64,000 bases of DNA from Ignavibacteria bacterium (GTDB lineage Bacteria; Bacteroidota; Ignavibacteria; Kapaibacteriales; UBA2268): the NCBI GenBank assembly GCA_037440445.1, contig JBBIUA010000005.1, positions 2,816 to 66,815 of the forward strand, in the 5' to 3' direction. Shown one piece after another: positions 50,384-59,955 of the stretch (position 1 is the stretch's first letter; every line of letters begins with the position of its first letter). The translations under genes and the position numbers were made by a program. Under the pieces are notes generated by a model. The model saw only the letters and a list, made by a program, of their open reading frames with translations. It did not search any database and had not been told where the DNA came from.

Positions 50384-51859
50384 TTAATCTTTGGCTTTTC
50401 GAAAGAACTTATTGAAAAGTTTCTCGGTGAAATCTTTGTTTTTTTCAATTGCTTCGATATTTTTTCGTGCAAGGATAGAACTTTTATTGATCCCAAAATT
50501 TTTTGCAATTTCTTCAAGTTTCTCCTTTTGTTCCGCCGCATCAATATTTTCTAATTTACTAATTTTCTTTTTTATTAATTCAATTTGCTCCTTTTGAATT
50601 TGCAAAGCCTTTTCAATACGCAGAGGAATTTTGGCTTGTTTCGGGGTTCGTATTTCATGTTTGTTTGTTCCTTCTTCTTCTTTTTCTTGCTTTCTCGAAT
50701 CAATAATTTTTTCTGCAAGTTCTTTGATTTCAGGGTTAATGGCATTTAGCGAGGAGGTTTGTGCTCGCCGAGGTTCTGTTTGTTCTTTTGCAGCTTCCTC
50801 GCTTTTTTTATATAGTCTCGCAGCAAGGGCACTCGATGCCGAATACTTTTGCTTCAACAATTCATTTTCGAATTTCCTTTTAACTTCTCGTATTTTTTTT
50901 TCTTTTCTCCATTTAAGATAAAGCGAAGTAAGAAGAATTGATAGCAAGAGTATTGATGTTCCGAAAAAAATCAAAATTCTTTCAAAAACGGACAAACCAA
51001 CTTTTTTTGGTTGAATCTCTTTTTCAGAAATAATCACTGGTTTAGGTGTTGTTGTATCTCTGGAATTGTTATCTTTCATAGTTGCACTGTTTTTCTCTTC
51101 AGGGAACAAATCCGAAACCTCTTTAAATATAGAATCTCGAAGTTCAGTTGTGATGGGGATTGGATGATACTTAACAAAACGTTGTTGTAGGAAAAATTTG
51201 CTTCGGTAGTCTTCTGCGATCTTCTTTTCATTTTCAATGTCGTAAACTTGAGCAAGTGCAGAGAATAGATCTGGTATATTACAACCTAATGATTCTGCTT
51301 GTTGCAAAATTTTCTTAGCTTTTTCAATTTCGTTTGCTTTTAAGTAAAGTAAACCCAAAAAGTAACCAGAATTAGCATGGTTGTTACTGAATGCTCGTTC
51401 AAAATATTTTCTTGCAACGGCAAGATTTGAAGTGAACGAAAGAAGTCCCATTCGATAATTTTCTTCTGCTGGGGATAATGAATTCCAGTCGAAAACTTCA
51501 ACCATAATAGCATTTGAATAATCAAGTGGAGTGATAGTATAACCGCGCGGTGACCTCAAGAAAATATTAATTTCAAGGTGATTAGTGAGTTTTTTAAAAG
51601 TTGCTTTGGAAATGATACCATCGGAACTAATAGAATCTTCTTTTACTTTAGTCTCTATTCCATTAACTATTATTGAAATTAAAGTTTTAGAAGAGTTCAG
51701 GTAAGATTGGTAATCTGAAGGTAGTTTATTAAAATAAATAATTAGCCTATTCAAAGGATTTATTGTCATAAAAGGGTAATTAGTTTGGGCAAAAGTAGGT
51801 ATATTTGTAAACAGAATAAGAAAAATGACAAATAAAATTTTCAAGATACCCTTTAACAT
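50384..51859 (-). CDS. Membrane-anchored TPR protein with long Lys/Glu-rich coiled-coil C-terminal tail
   Basis: Signal peptide, TPR-like repeats, one internal TM helix (ILIFFGTSILLLSILLTSLYL), then ~180 aa of charged coiled coil. Confidence 0.45.
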   Translation of the reverse strand: MLKGILKILFVIFLILFTNIPTFAQTNYPFMTINPLNRLIIYFNKLPSDYQSYLNSSKTLISIIVNGIETKVKEDSISSDGIISKATFKKLTNHLEINIFLRSPRGYTITPLDYSNAIMVEVFDWNSLSPAEENYRMGLLSFTSNLAVARKYFERAFSNNHANSGYFLGLLYLKANEIEKAKKILQQAESLGCNIPDLFSALAQVYDIENEKKIAEDYRSKFFLQQRFVKYHPIPITTELRDSIFKEVSDLFPEEKNSATMKDNNSRDTTTPKPVIISEKEIQPKKVGLSVFERILIFFGTSILLLSILLTSLYLKWRKEKKIREVKRKFENELLKQKYSASSALAARLYKKSEEAAKEQTEPRRAQTSSLNAINPEIKELAEKIIDSRKQEKEEEGTNKHEIRTPKQAKIPLRIEKALQIQKEQIELIKKKISKLENIDAAEQKEKLEEIAKNFGINKSSILARKNIEAIEKNKDFTEKLFNKFFRKAKD

Positions 51860-51960
51860 TGTTGAATTTATAAATAAAACAATCGAAATTTAATAAAAAT
51901 TTGACTTTAAATTGCCCAAAAAATATTAAATTTTCATTATGAAAAAATAATATAATTGAA

Positions 51961-52794
51961 ATGAAAAGAATAATAGCATTGCTTACAGACTTTGGCCTAG
52001 TTGATAATTACGTAGGAATAATGAAGGCTACAATATTTTCAATCAATCCCAATGTCGAAATTATTGATATAACACATTCAATTGAACCAAGGAATATTCG
52101 ACAGGCAGCTTTCGTTTTAATGACCTCAGTTAATTACTTTCCTGAAAGGACAATTTTTGTTACTGTTGTTGACCCTGGTGTTGGCTCAAACAGAAATGCT
52201 ATTTGTGTTCGTGCTGGTAAATATTATTTTGTTGCGCCGGATAATGGAATACTAACATATACTTTGAAGAATTTCAAACAACCAAAAGTGCATTTGTTCA
52301 CCAATGAAAAGTACCAATTAGAAAATCCAAGCAAAACATTTCATGGACGGGATATTTTTGCACCGATGGCAGCTTATTTAGCAATGGATATAGATATTGC
52401 AAGTTTTGGCGAAGAATTTAACGTGCAAAAATTAGTTAAACTACCTCCTTTAAAGAGTTATTATGACAGTTATGGGAATCTAATCGGTGAAGTTGTTCAC
52501 ATTGATAGATTTGGTAATATAATAACTTCATTAAGTTCTATGGCTTTAGGAATAAATATGCATAATATTTTGAAACAGGATTTGAAATGGAAATTTGAAA
52601 TTGGTCATACAAAGATAAAAAATATTAGTATGACTTATAGTGATGTTGAAGAAGGTGAGTTTCTTGCATACATAGGAAGTAGTGGTTTCCTTGAAATTGG
52701 TATAAGGAATGGAAACGCAGCCGAGGAAATTGGTGCTTTTATTGGACAATTAGTTTGTGCAAAAAAAGTAGGAATTTTTGAACAATTTGTATAG
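51961..52794 (+). CDS. S-adenosyl-L-methionine hydroxide adenosyltransferase (DUF62; fluorinase/chlorinase-related SAM hydrolase)
   Basis: IALLTDFGLVDNYVGIMKATI... N-terminal domain, full-length similarity to the DUF62 family, 277 aa. Confidence 0.7.
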   Translation: MKRIIALLTDFGLVDNYVGIMKATIFSINPNVEIIDITHSIEPRNIRQAAFVLMTSVNYFPERTIFVTVVDPGVGSNRNAICVRAGKYYFVAPDNGILTYTLKNFKQPKVHLFTNEKYQLENPSKTFHGRDIFAPMAAYLAMDIDIASFGEEFNVQKLVKLPPLKSYYDSYGNLIGEVVHIDRFGNIITSLSSMALGINMHNILKQDLKWKFEIGHTKIKNISMTYSDVEEGEFLAYIGSSGFLEIGIRNGNAAEEIGAFIGQLVCAKKVGIFEQFV

Positions 52795-55700
52795 ATTTCC
52801 TATGAAAAGCAAAGTATTTTTTGTAATTGTAGTTATCTTTCTTCAAAAAACCTTATTGTTTGCTTTAGATGTTGTAGTAAAAAACGATAATAATGTTCCA
52901 AGACTTACAGGTTATACCGAGCGGTATTTCTGGGAAGAAAGTAAAATTTTGAAGCCCGACGGACCTTGTATTGTTAAAAAAGTGCAAATTTACTTTGTGG
53001 GTAACACCCCAAACAAAGATACGATCTATTTAATGGGTGATCCTTCCGAAGGTTATCTCCCTCCAACTCTTTGGGTGGCAAGTTATAATTTGAAAGCAGA
53101 GCCGATAATCATTAACTATCCTGGTCAACCTGGATGGTATGAATTTCCTGTTCCTAATATTTTTTTGGCTGGGTTGGATAGGATAGTTATTCTACATAGG
53201 TTGAATCAAAAAGGACCTTTTTTCGCGGTCGATAACGATGGTTTGTCATCTCCATATTCTTCGTTTCTTTTAAATCCTTTCGAAACAAATCAATTGGGAG
53301 GTCCAGGTAACTATTATTTAGCAAGTGGTGACTTTTTAGTTCGACTTATTGTTGAATATATTTATCCAAAAGATAGTTCGTCTGCGAGACCCCTTGTTCC
53401 ACAATTTTTCGATATCACCAAAGAAGCAGGGCTAACAAAATCTGATTGGGGATACATCGGAAGTAATGATATAAGCATAGTCGATTGGAACAATGATGGA
53501 TTGGACGACATAGCAGTTGGCAGTTATTTTTTTCAGAACAATGGTGATGGAACTTTCTCCAATGTTTCATATAAGTTTAATATTGTCGCCTCTGCCACTT
53601 CGTGGGGCGATTTCAATAATGATGATTATATCGATTGTTATGCTTTAAGAAACGGAAATTATATCGAAGATGCAAAAATGGTAATTTCTTTAGATAGGAT
53701 ATATAAAAATAATGGTGATGGTTCATTTACTCAATTAAACCCAAGAGTTATTTTTGAACTTCCTTATCCAAGTCCTTCAGAAGATTTTCGTCTTGAGAAT
53801 CCAAAACCCCAGGATTCAATTCCGAATCCTTATAGTTGTATTACTCCACTTTGGTCAGATTTTAACGGGGATGGACGTCTTGATTTGTTTTTGGCTAATA
53901 ACCGAGTAGGTTTAAATGTTTCTGGTAATTATGTTGAAAGGTATTTTCCAGACCAGTTGTGGATTCAGGACACTAATGGAAAATTTAGAAACGTTACTAA
54001 AACTGCTGGATTTCAGCAATTTGAGGTATTTAATCCCAACTCAAGTTCGCTTGGTTATTACGATTGCTATGGTGCCAATGCTTGTGATTATAATAGTGAT
54101 GGGAAAATTGATATTTTCGTTGCAAATTATCGTTTGGTGAAGGATTTATTATACAAAAACAATGGAGACGGTACTTTTACAAATGTTGGAGATATTGTAG
54201 GAGTTCAAGGAATTCCAACTGCAGCCCCAAATTATTTTGGGCATGGAATGGGTTCCGAATGGGGGGATTTTAATAATGATGGATATCCAGATTTAGCCGT
54301 CGGTAATCTTGGACATCCAGATTGGCGTGGAATGTACTCAAACCCTTCTCTTATCTTTCGAAACCAAGGTCCACCTTCCTTTAATTTTGTTGAAGTTCAT
54401 CAGCAAATGGGCTTAAAGTTTTTTGAAATGAATGCTGGAATGACTTGGGGCGATTTTGAACTTGACGGATATCTTGACCTTTGGCACGGTCAAATTTCAT
54501 ATCGTGCCGAAGGTGATGGTGGGGAGCCGAAACGTCCTGGAAGGCTGTATTTCAATTCTGGTGTTCCAAATTTTGAATTGATCGATAGAACTTGGGAAGT
54601 AGGTGGAATAGTCCATAGCCCATGGACAGCTGTACGTATTGATTTTGATAATGATGGCGACCTTGATTTACTTGTATCAAGCACTTTCGAAGGAGTCCGA
54701 CTTTTTAGAAATGATTTGGAAAGAAAAGGAAACTGGGTTGCTTTTCGCTTGATTGGTAGTCCGCAAAATTCTGTGAATATGAATTGTTATGGGACAAAAA
54801 TTTACTTTTTTGTTAATGGTAAAAAATTTTATAGGGAATTAATGGGTAGTATTTCTGGGAACCGTTGTTCACAAAACTCTAATGTTTTGCATTTTGGCTT
54901 GGGCAATGAAAACATCATTGATAGTTTAGTTGTAGTTTATCCAAATGGGTTTTCAAAAAAATACACTAATATTCAGGCAAACAATTATTATTTGATTGAA
55001 TATGATAGAGATTTAAAGAAACTTTTCACACCCACTCCCGTATTAATTTATCCCAAAAATTTACAACAAGATTTACCTGAAACAACAAATTTAATTTGGG
55101 GGAAAATTAATGAAGTAAATAAATATGAGATAAGATTATCCTCAGAAAAGAATTTCGTTAATTACCAAAGTTATTTTTCAACCGATACAATATTACAATT
55201 AAACAATTTGATAAAATCAAGACGGTATTATTGGAAAGTTCGAGCCATTTCTTCTTCAGATACATCATTATGGTCAAGTACCTTCTCATTTTTTGTTGGT
55301 AGTCCACTTCCACCCTCAGTTCAATTAGTATTGCCAGCAAATAATTCTCAAAAGTTGAGTTTAACACCAAAATTTATTTGGAACAAGCCGAAATTTGAAA
55401 AATATCTCGAAGTTGAAGTGTCTTATCAAATACAAATTTCAGTCGATGAAAATTTCCAAAACCTAATTTTTTATGTTAGTGGTCTTCGAGATACCGTTTT
55501 GTTATTGGATTCTGGTTATCTGGAACCATCGAAAAGGTATTTTTGGAGGGTTCGAGCTTTGAACAAAGATGGATTTGGAGAATGGTCTATCTTTTATTCC
55601 TTCGAAACAAATTCCTTACCAGAAGTTGTTGTTTTAAATTCTCCAGAAAATAATGCCGTTGATGTTTCGTTGAAACCAACTTTTAAATGGGGAGTAATTG

Positions 55701-56155
55701 AAAATATTGACGAGTATATTTTCCAATTGAGTAAAACCCCCAATTTTGATTCATTAGTAGTTGAAAAATTTCTTCAATCGGCCCTTTACAAACATTTAAC
55801 ATCGCTTTCCCCGGGCGAAACATATTATTGGCGAGTGTGTGGAAAAAATAATGTTGGGCAAGGTCCTTGGTCCGATATTTGGAAATTTACTACGCAATTG
55901 CTTTCCCTAAAGGAAATTAATAATACAAAAATAACTGTAACCCCGAATCCTACAGATGGTTTAATTTTTGTGAAATTTCCAAATCAAAACCAATATAAAG
56001 TTCAAATTTTTGATATTTTGGGTAGGGAGCTTTTAAATTCAAATTTGTTTGCCGATGAAATTTCTATTGATTTAACTTCATATCCTCCTTCTTTATATTA
56101 TTTAATTGTTAAGAGTGAATTGATTTTCCAAAAAATATTAATTTTGAAAAAATGA
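52778..56155 (+). CDS. Giant secreted FG-GAP/VCBS-repeat + ASPIC/UnbV (CRTAC1-like) protein with three Fn3-like repeats and a T9SS type-A C-terminal domain. The real start is probably the second Met at 52802.
   Basis: Signal peptide after the second Met (MKSKVFFVIVVIFL). Repeated D-x-[DN]-x-DG-x-x-D FG-GAP motifs (FNNDGYPDL, DWNNDGLDD). ASPIC/UnbV signature RCSQNSNVLHFGLG. Three ~95-aa repeats end in YWKVRA/FWRVRA/YWRVCG. C-terminal KITVTPNPTDGLIFVKF...VQIFDILGRELL...LYYLIV (Por_Secre_tail). Confidence 0.7.
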   Translation: MNNLYRFPMKSKVFFVIVVIFLQKTLLFALDVVVKNDNNVPRLTGYTERYFWEESKILKPDGPCIVKKVQIYFVGNTPNKDTIYLMGDPSEGYLPPTLWVASYNLKAEPIIINYPGQPGWYEFPVPNIFLAGLDRIVILHRLNQKGPFFAVDNDGLSSPYSSFLLNPFETNQLGGPGNYYLASGDFLVRLIVEYIYPKDSSSARPLVPQFFDITKEAGLTKSDWGYIGSNDISIVDWNNDGLDDIAVGSYFFQNNGDGTFSNVSYKFNIVASATSWGDFNNDDYIDCYALRNGNYIEDAKMVISLDRIYKNNGDGSFTQLNPRVIFELPYPSPSEDFRLENPKPQDSIPNPYSCITPLWSDFNGDGRLDLFLANNRVGLNVSGNYVERYFPDQLWIQDTNGKFRNVTKTAGFQQFEVFNPNSSSLGYYDCYGANACDYNSDGKIDIFVANYRLVKDLLYKNNGDGTFTNVGDIVGVQGIPTAAPNYFGHGMGSEWGDFNNDGYPDLAVGNLGHPDWRGMYSNPSLIFRNQGPPSFNFVEVHQQMGLKFFEMNAGMTWGDFELDGYLDLWHGQISYRAEGDGGEPKRPGRLYFNSGVPNFELIDRTWEVGGIVHSPWTAVRIDFDNDGDLDLLVSSTFEGVRLFRNDLERKGNWVAFRLIGSPQNSVNMNCYGTKIYFFVNGKKFYRELMGSISGNRCSQNSNVLHFGLGNENIIDSLVVVYPNGFSKKYTNIQANNYYLIEYDRDLKKLFTPTPVLIYPKNLQQDLPETTNLIWGKINEVNKYEIRLSSEKNFVNYQSYFSTDTILQLNNLIKSRRYYWKVRAISSSDTSLWSSTFSFFVGSPLPPSVQLVLPANNSQKLSLTPKFIWNKPKFEKYLEVEVSYQIQISVDENFQNLIFYVSGLRDTVLLLDSGYLEPSKRYFWRVRALNKDGFGEWSIFYSFETNSLPEVVVLNSPENNAVDVSLKPTFKWGVIENIDEYIFQLSKTPNFDSLVVEKFLQSALYKHLTSLSPGETYYWRVCGKNNVGQGPWSDIWKFTTQLLSLKEINNTKITVTPNPTDGLIFVKFPNQNQYKVQIFDILGRELLNSNLFADEISIDLTSYPPSLYYLIVKSELIFQKILILKK

Positions 56156-56224
56156 ATTTGAGAAACATGTATTTTGTATATTTTTATTAATTTTGTTTGT
56201 ATCATATAGTTTTAGGAGGATTTT

Positions 56225-56581
56225 ATGTTAAAAAAGAGTTCGAAGCTTTTATTAGCAATAATGTCCCTTGCTTTTGGGTTGATTTTTTCCAGTTGTTCAA
56301 ACAAAATCACCCAGGAACAATTAATGCAATTGAGAGAGTTGAGAAAGCAAGAACGCAGTTTAAGTGAGTTGATCGATAAGAAAAAAGCAGAAAAATCGAA
56401 GCTTGAGCGTGAACTTAATGCCCAAAAATCTGTATTAAAAGATTGCGAAAGTCGTACACAGTTTGTTAAAGACAAACTTGCTAAATGGCCAGATGTCTGG
56501 CCCGATTGGAAGTATGTCGAGCCTCAACAAGAACAGCAAACAACTGAACCCGCCCCAAGTAAAAAAATTCGTAAAAAGTAA
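56225..56581 (+). CDS. Small coiled-coil lipoprotein (hypothetical)
   Basis: Lipobox LIFSSC, coiled-coil body, basic tail. A Shine-Dalgarno site (AGGAGG) lies upstream. Confidence 0.45.
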   Translation: MLKKSSKLLLAIMSLAFGLIFSSCSNKITQEQLMQLRELRKQERSLSELIDKKKAEKSKLERELNAQKSVLKDCESRTQFVKDKLAKWPDVWPDWKYVEPQQEQQTTEPAPSKKIRKK

Positions 56582-57420
56582 TGTTAGTTATTGTGGAGAG
56601 AAAAATGAGAAAGATTTTTGAAATTTTCAGTTTTGCTTTAATTTTATCATTAATTACTCATTTAGATTTGGTTTCCCAAAAACCAGATGAGGAGTTGACA
56701 AAAGAAGAAGCAATCCAAAGAATTGCTGAGTTTCAAAATATAGTTAATGATTTGCAATCAAAGTTGAATTCTCTTGATGCCGAAATTCAAAAGCTTCAAA
56801 ATGAACTAAATCAAACAAATAGCAAACTGAATGATTGCTTGGACAATTACCTTGGACTTCTTGGGATTAACCCCGAGACAAATAAACCTTTTACAAAAGA
56901 AGATGTCGAGAAATTCAAGCAAAGATTGGGTCAGATTGAAGGCAAAATTAGGGAAATGCAACGTCTATCCAATGACGAATTGGTAGATAGACGGAAGGAA
57001 GTTGAAGAATTAGAAAATATGTTGAATCAACTACGAATGATTAAATTGTCAATTTTACCAGAATTTTACGATAAAATCATTACGCTTGCGTCTGAAATAA
57101 AGGGATTGTATAGAGAGAAGAAGATTAAAACTTATACAGTTGGAACATGGGCAGAAAATCGTGATTGTTTGTGGAACATAGCAGCGAAAGTTGAGTTTTT
57201 CGGCGATCCATTTATGTGGTCTAAAATTTGGCAAGCAAATACCAATTTAATTAAAAATCCAGATATTATTTATCCAGGACAGCAATTGACAATTCCACCA
57301 CCGGGACCAAAAACCCCGGAAGAAATTAAAGCCGAAAGAAAATATTGGAGAATGAAGAAAGCTGCTTTGGAAAAAGAACAAAAAGAGGGTGAGACAAAAG
57401 ATACAGGGACAAAAAAATAA
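56581..57420 (+). CDS. Coiled-coil protein with C-terminal LysM-like domain
   Basis: N-terminal signal/anchor and coiled coil. TYTVGTWAENRDCLWNIAAKV...IIYPGQQLTIP fits the LysM consensus. The start overlaps the previous stop by 1 nt. Confidence 0.5.
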   Translation: MLVIVERKMRKIFEIFSFALILSLITHLDLVSQKPDEELTKEEAIQRIAEFQNIVNDLQSKLNSLDAEIQKLQNELNQTNSKLNDCLDNYLGLLGINPETNKPFTKEDVEKFKQRLGQIEGKIREMQRLSNDELVDRRKEVEELENMLNQLRMIKLSILPEFYDKIITLASEIKGLYREKKIKTYTVGTWAENRDCLWNIAAKVEFFGDPFMWSKIWQANTNLIKNPDIIYPGQQLTIPPPGPKTPEEIKAERKYWRMKKAALEKEQKEGETKDTGTKK

Positions 57421-57485
57421 TGTTATGTTAAATATTTTTATTAAAGAAAGCCCCATTGCTTTAAAGTGGGGCTTTTGTATTTTTT

Positions 57486-58514
57486 ATGTATCACAAATTT
57501 AAAGGCTTAATGGAGGTAACAGAAAAAACTATCCACCTTGAAGATAAAGATTTTCTTTACTTCATTGGTTATAATGACCAATTAATTCATTTAATTGAGA
57601 ATAGATTTAATACCTTAATTACTCTGCGGGGAAGCAATATTGTTCTAAAAGGTTCTCCAGATGAAGTTAAATCAATCGAAGCAATATTTAAAGAACTGGG
57701 GTATATTCATCGTCGAAGTGGTACAATATCTGATAACGATCTTGAAACGGTTCTTGAATTGATTGCTGATAGCGAACTTTCGGTACGGAAACAAGATAAG
57801 ACTTTTAGACCTGATGAGATAATTGTTTATCAAAGTGCAAAAGGTCCAATTAAAACAAAAACACCAAAGCAGGCTGAATACGTTAGGAAAGTTGCAGAAA
57901 ATGATATTGTATTTGCCATTGGACCAGCTGGCACTGGCAAAACATTTCTTGCTGTTGCAATGGCTCTTGCCGAATTAAAAAAAAACAAGATTGAAAAAAT
58001 TATTCTTTCTCGACCAGCAGTTGAAACTGGTGAATCTTTGGGCTTTCTTCCAGGGGATTTGAAAGAAAAATTGGATCCGTATCTTAAACCTTTAACTGAT
58101 GCTTTGTATTATATGCTTTCTACAGAAAAACTTAAATCATATTCCGAAAAAAATATTATTGAAATAATTCCACTTGCTTATATGCGAGGAAGAACTTTAA
58201 GTAATGCTTTTATAATCCTCGATGAAGCACAAAATGCTACTATTACACAAATGAAGATGTTTTTAACAAGGATGGGAAATAATTCAAAAGTGATTGTAAC
58301 TGGGGATATCACACAAATTGATTTACAAAATCCAGAAGATTGCGGTTTAATAAATGCAAACAAATTGCTTCAAAATATAGAAGGCATTGCTTTTGTTTAT
58401 TTCGATGAAAAGGATGTGGTGCGTCACAAACTGGTTGCACGAATAATAAAAGCCTATCAAGATGAGGCAGAAAGTCGACAAAGTCAAAAACATAAAAATA
58501 GCGAAAAAACCTGA
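57486..58514 (+). CDS. phoH: PhoH-like ATPase (YbeZ family) with N-terminal KH-like domain
   Basis: Walker A FAIGPAGTGKTFLAVAMA and the PhoH family pattern. Confidence 0.8.
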   Translation: MYHKFKGLMEVTEKTIHLEDKDFLYFIGYNDQLIHLIENRFNTLITLRGSNIVLKGSPDEVKSIEAIFKELGYIHRRSGTISDNDLETVLELIADSELSVRKQDKTFRPDEIIVYQSAKGPIKTKTPKQAEYVRKVAENDIVFAIGPAGTGKTFLAVAMALAELKKNKIEKIILSRPAVETGESLGFLPGDLKEKLDPYLKPLTDALYYMLSTEKLKSYSEKNIIEIIPLAYMRGRTLSNAFIILDEAQNATITQMKMFLTRMGNNSKVIVTGDITQIDLQNPEDCGLINANKLLQNIEGIAFVYFDEKDVVRHKLVARIIKAYQDEAESRQSQKHKNSEKT

Positions 58515-59278
58515 TGTTTGAAATTTTCAAAATTGGATTTATTTCTATTACTTTCCTTGACGTCTTGGATTTATTTATACTTTTTGCCATTTTCTACTGG
58601 CTATATAACCTTTTGAAGGATACTGTTGCAATTCAAATCCTTTTTGGATTGGTAGTTTTAATTTTATTGACTTTTGTGTCTGAAATGATTAATTTACGCT
58701 CTATTAATTGGTTGTTGAAAGCGATTATGGGGGTATGGTTGTTAGCGTTTATTATTCTTTTTCAACCTGAACTTCGTCGAGTGCTTTTGAAAATTTCTAA
58801 TTTGCCTGTGCTTAGATTTTTTCTTCGCACAAATCTGACTCAAACAATCGACGAAGTTATTGCGGCTATTAATGAGATGTCCGAAAATCATATTGGTGGA
58901 TTAATTGTTTTTGTTCGGTCGCAGAATATTGAGATTAATGTTGATCCTGGAATTCAAATTAATGCAAGGGTTTCGAAAGAACTTTTACTTTCTATTTTTA
59001 ATCCGAAATCACCACTACACGATGGAGCTGTGTTAATTGAAGGCTCAAACATATTATATGCGAAATGTACTTTGCCTTTATCTACAACTACAAAGATTGA
59101 AAATCGATTACTTGGAACCCGGCATCGTGCTGCATTGGGATTGTCGGAACAAACAGATGCTCTTGTGCTTGTTGTTTCGGAAGAAACTGGAGGTATTTCT
59201 ATTGCTGAAAAAGGGAAAATATCTTTTAATATTCCTAAAAGTAAAATTGAGTCAATTTTAAGTGAAAAATTGTCATAA
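58514..59278 (+). CDS. cdaA: Diadenylate cyclase CdaA (c-di-AMP synthase; 3 TM + DAC domain)
   Basis: Three N-terminal TM helices and DAC motifs (PLHDGAVLIEG, RHRAALGLSEQTDALVLVVSEETGGIS). The start overlaps the phoH stop. Confidence 0.85.
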   Translation: MFEIFKIGFISITFLDVLDLFILFAIFYWLYNLLKDTVAIQILFGLVVLILLTFVSEMINLRSINWLLKAIMGVWLLAFIILFQPELRRVLLKISNLPVLRFFLRTNLTQTIDEVIAAINEMSENHIGGLIVFVRSQNIEINVDPGIQINARVSKELLLSIFNPKSPLHDGAVLIEGSNILYAKCTLPLSTTTKIENRLLGTRHRAALGLSEQTDALVLVVSEETGGISIAEKGKISFNIPKSKIESILSEKLS

Positions 59279-59280
59279 TT

Positions 59281-59955
59281 ATGGATTTGAAACTTGACTT
59301 TCCAAATAATTATCAATTTAAAGAAGCGAGATTTCAACTTGTAGATCATCTTCGACAACGTGGAATTCGAGACGAAAGAATACTTTCAGCGATGAATAAA
59401 ATTCCACGTGAATTGTTTGTCGATCCTGCTTTTGTTTCGCAAGCATACGAAGATATTGCTTTGCCAATTGATTGTAATCAAACAATTTCGCAACCTTATA
59501 CTGTTGCTTTTATGACTCAATGTTTAAATCTTAAAGAAGGAAATAAAGTTTTGGAAATTGGAACTGGGAGCGGTTATCAAGCAACCCTGCTTTATCTAAT
59601 GGGAATGCGTGTATACACTATTGAACGTATTTATGAACTTTATTTGAAAGCGAATAAAATTTTTAGGGATTTGGGGGTAAAAGTTTTTTCGAAATGGGGG
59701 GATGGTTCACTTGGCTGGAAAGAAAATGCTCCTTACGATGGTATAATTGTTACTGCTGCTGCACCTAAAGTTCCAGAACCATTACTTGAACAACTTGCTA
59801 TTAATGGTAAGTTAGTAATCCCTGTTGGGGACCGTTCTTATCAAGCAATGTATATTATTACAAAAATTGGTGACAATCAATTTCAGGAGCAACAGGAACA
59901 TTACTTTAAATTCGTGCCTTTAATTGGTGAGCAGGGTTGGAAGAATGGTGAATGA
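59281..59955 (+). CDS. pcm: Protein-L-isoaspartate O-methyltransferase
   Basis: VLEIGTGSGYQATLL motif I and full PCMT-like sequence. Confidence 0.85.
   Translation: MDLKLDFPNNYQFKEARFQLVDHLRQRGIRDERILSAMNKIPRELFVDPAFVSQAYEDIALPIDCNQTISQPYTVAFMTQCLNLKEGNKVLEIGTGSGYQATLLYLMGMRVYTIERIYELYLKANKIFRDLGVKVFSKWGDGSLGWKENAPYDGIIVTAAAPKVPEPLLEQLAINGKLVIPVGDRSYQAMYIITKIGDNQFQEQQEHYFKFVPLIGEQGWKNGE

Noticed and set aside
52778-52801. Using the first ATG (52778) as the start of the giant adhesin gene
   Set aside because: That start would overlap the DUF62 gene by 17 nt and place 8 residues before a canonical signal peptide. The second Met at 52802 gives M-KSK-hydrophobic core and a 7-nt gap. The feature is listed with track coordinates and the likely true start is noted.
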